Source: Catajapyx aquilonaris (Eukaryota). From it: a stretch of DNA of 48,272 nucleotides. The stretch spans positions 1 to 48,272 of the forward strand of contig JYFJ02002966.1 in NCBI GenBank assembly GCA_000934665.2. The letters are read 5' to 3'. The position numbers and the translations under genes were made by a program. The notes under the pieces were generated by a model. The model was not told the DNA's origin, ran no database searches, and saw only the letters and a list, made by a program, of their open reading frames with translations. Positions 47,501 through 48,272 of this stretch are shown in pieces; the first letter of the stretch is position 1, and every line of letters starts with the position of its first letter.

Positions 47501-47757
47501 TTCGGCAATTAGCAAGCACAGATTACGTCCGGAACAAAATCCTCCGCTTCTTGGACCGTCAGCTAGTTATTCCATGGATGTGAATCCAGAGAGCAGACTT
47601 CTCCAATCCTTTCATCTCAACATGGGGGCCATGCGACTGGAGAAAAAACTGGAGAGTAATGGACCCTGAAAAGTATCCTTTTCGAAGGAAAAAAAAGGGC
47701 AGAATCCGCACAGAATCACGATTCCACGCCTGGCTTCTCTCCTGTTTGACTTTCTCC

Positions 47758-47781
47758 AAAAAAAAAAAAAAAAAAAAAAAN
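47758..47781. other. Poly-A run ending at an ambiguous base (probable assembly junction)
   Basis: 23 consecutive A followed by N at 47781. Confidence 0.8.
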
Positions 47782-48272
47782 ACAGAAGATATACCAAGGG
47801 GGATCTAATAGACGTCTATACTCGACTTGGATCAATAGCACTCACCAATAGTCATCATGTGGATTTGACACTCCCCAAAAACTATCACTTTATTTTCTAT
47901 CACTTATAGTTTTATCCTTCACTATACATTTAGGCGCTCCTTTTAAGCCTCATCTTATATGAAATGACGCGATTTTGCCAAGCCCGACCCGAGCCTCTCA
48001 TCTGGGTGCTTTGAAGTTCAGAAGTGGGGTAAGGAGAAAAGAAGCTGTCAGTGGAGCGCAGGTACCGGATGGTTACTTATTAGTCCTTGTCAGCTGGGTG
48101 GTGCTGCAGAAGGAGGGGCTGATAATAGTCTTCATCTCTTCAAGATGAGGGGGACTTAATGAGGTGAAGGGGAAGGAGGGATGATGGTGGAAGACGAGAT
48201 GCAGATCGGTGGAGTTATTTTGCTGGAGGATACTTGCGGAGATGTCAACGTTGTTGCTTTCAAAACCGGAGC

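Noticed and set aside
1..48272. CRISPR array, operon or other prokaryotic/viral system
   Set aside because: The genes are spliceosomal-intron-containing animal genes. No regularly spaced direct repeats or viral/prokaryotic ORFs are visible.

Overview
Eukaryotic, intron-containing genomic DNA. It is most likely from an arthropod, inferred from the big brain-type aquaporin and an arthropod-style SINE core. Exons below were called by eye from GT..AG sites and reading-frame phase, and all seven models close in frame. Left to right: (1) big brain (bib) aquaporin, minus strand, 7 coding exons, ~539 aa; (2) a small two-exon minus-strand gene I cannot assign to any family (~9271-9937); (3) a large type II transmembrane serine protease, plus strand (TM-SEA-mucin/acidic stalk-LDLa x3-SRCR-trypsin-LDLa; nudel/enteropeptidase-like; 13 coding exons, ~1549 aa); (4) a compact housekeeping cluster MRPS28(-), HDDC2(+), HACD(-), MRNIP(-), with apparent overlaps at gene ends; (5) tRNA-derived SINEs, a TA-flanked MITE and a mariner-derived fold-back element; (6) ~12 kb with no recognisable gene, preceded by a strong CTCF-like motif. 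No prokaryotic-type system or CRISPR array is present, and I cannot claim a new multi-gene system. The best leads are the orphan gene, a possible HDDC2 start codon sharing a CATG palindrome with the MRPS28 start codon, the mariner fold-back in MRNIP intron 2, and the variant Bib pore motif. Family assignments come from recalled motifs, not database searches.
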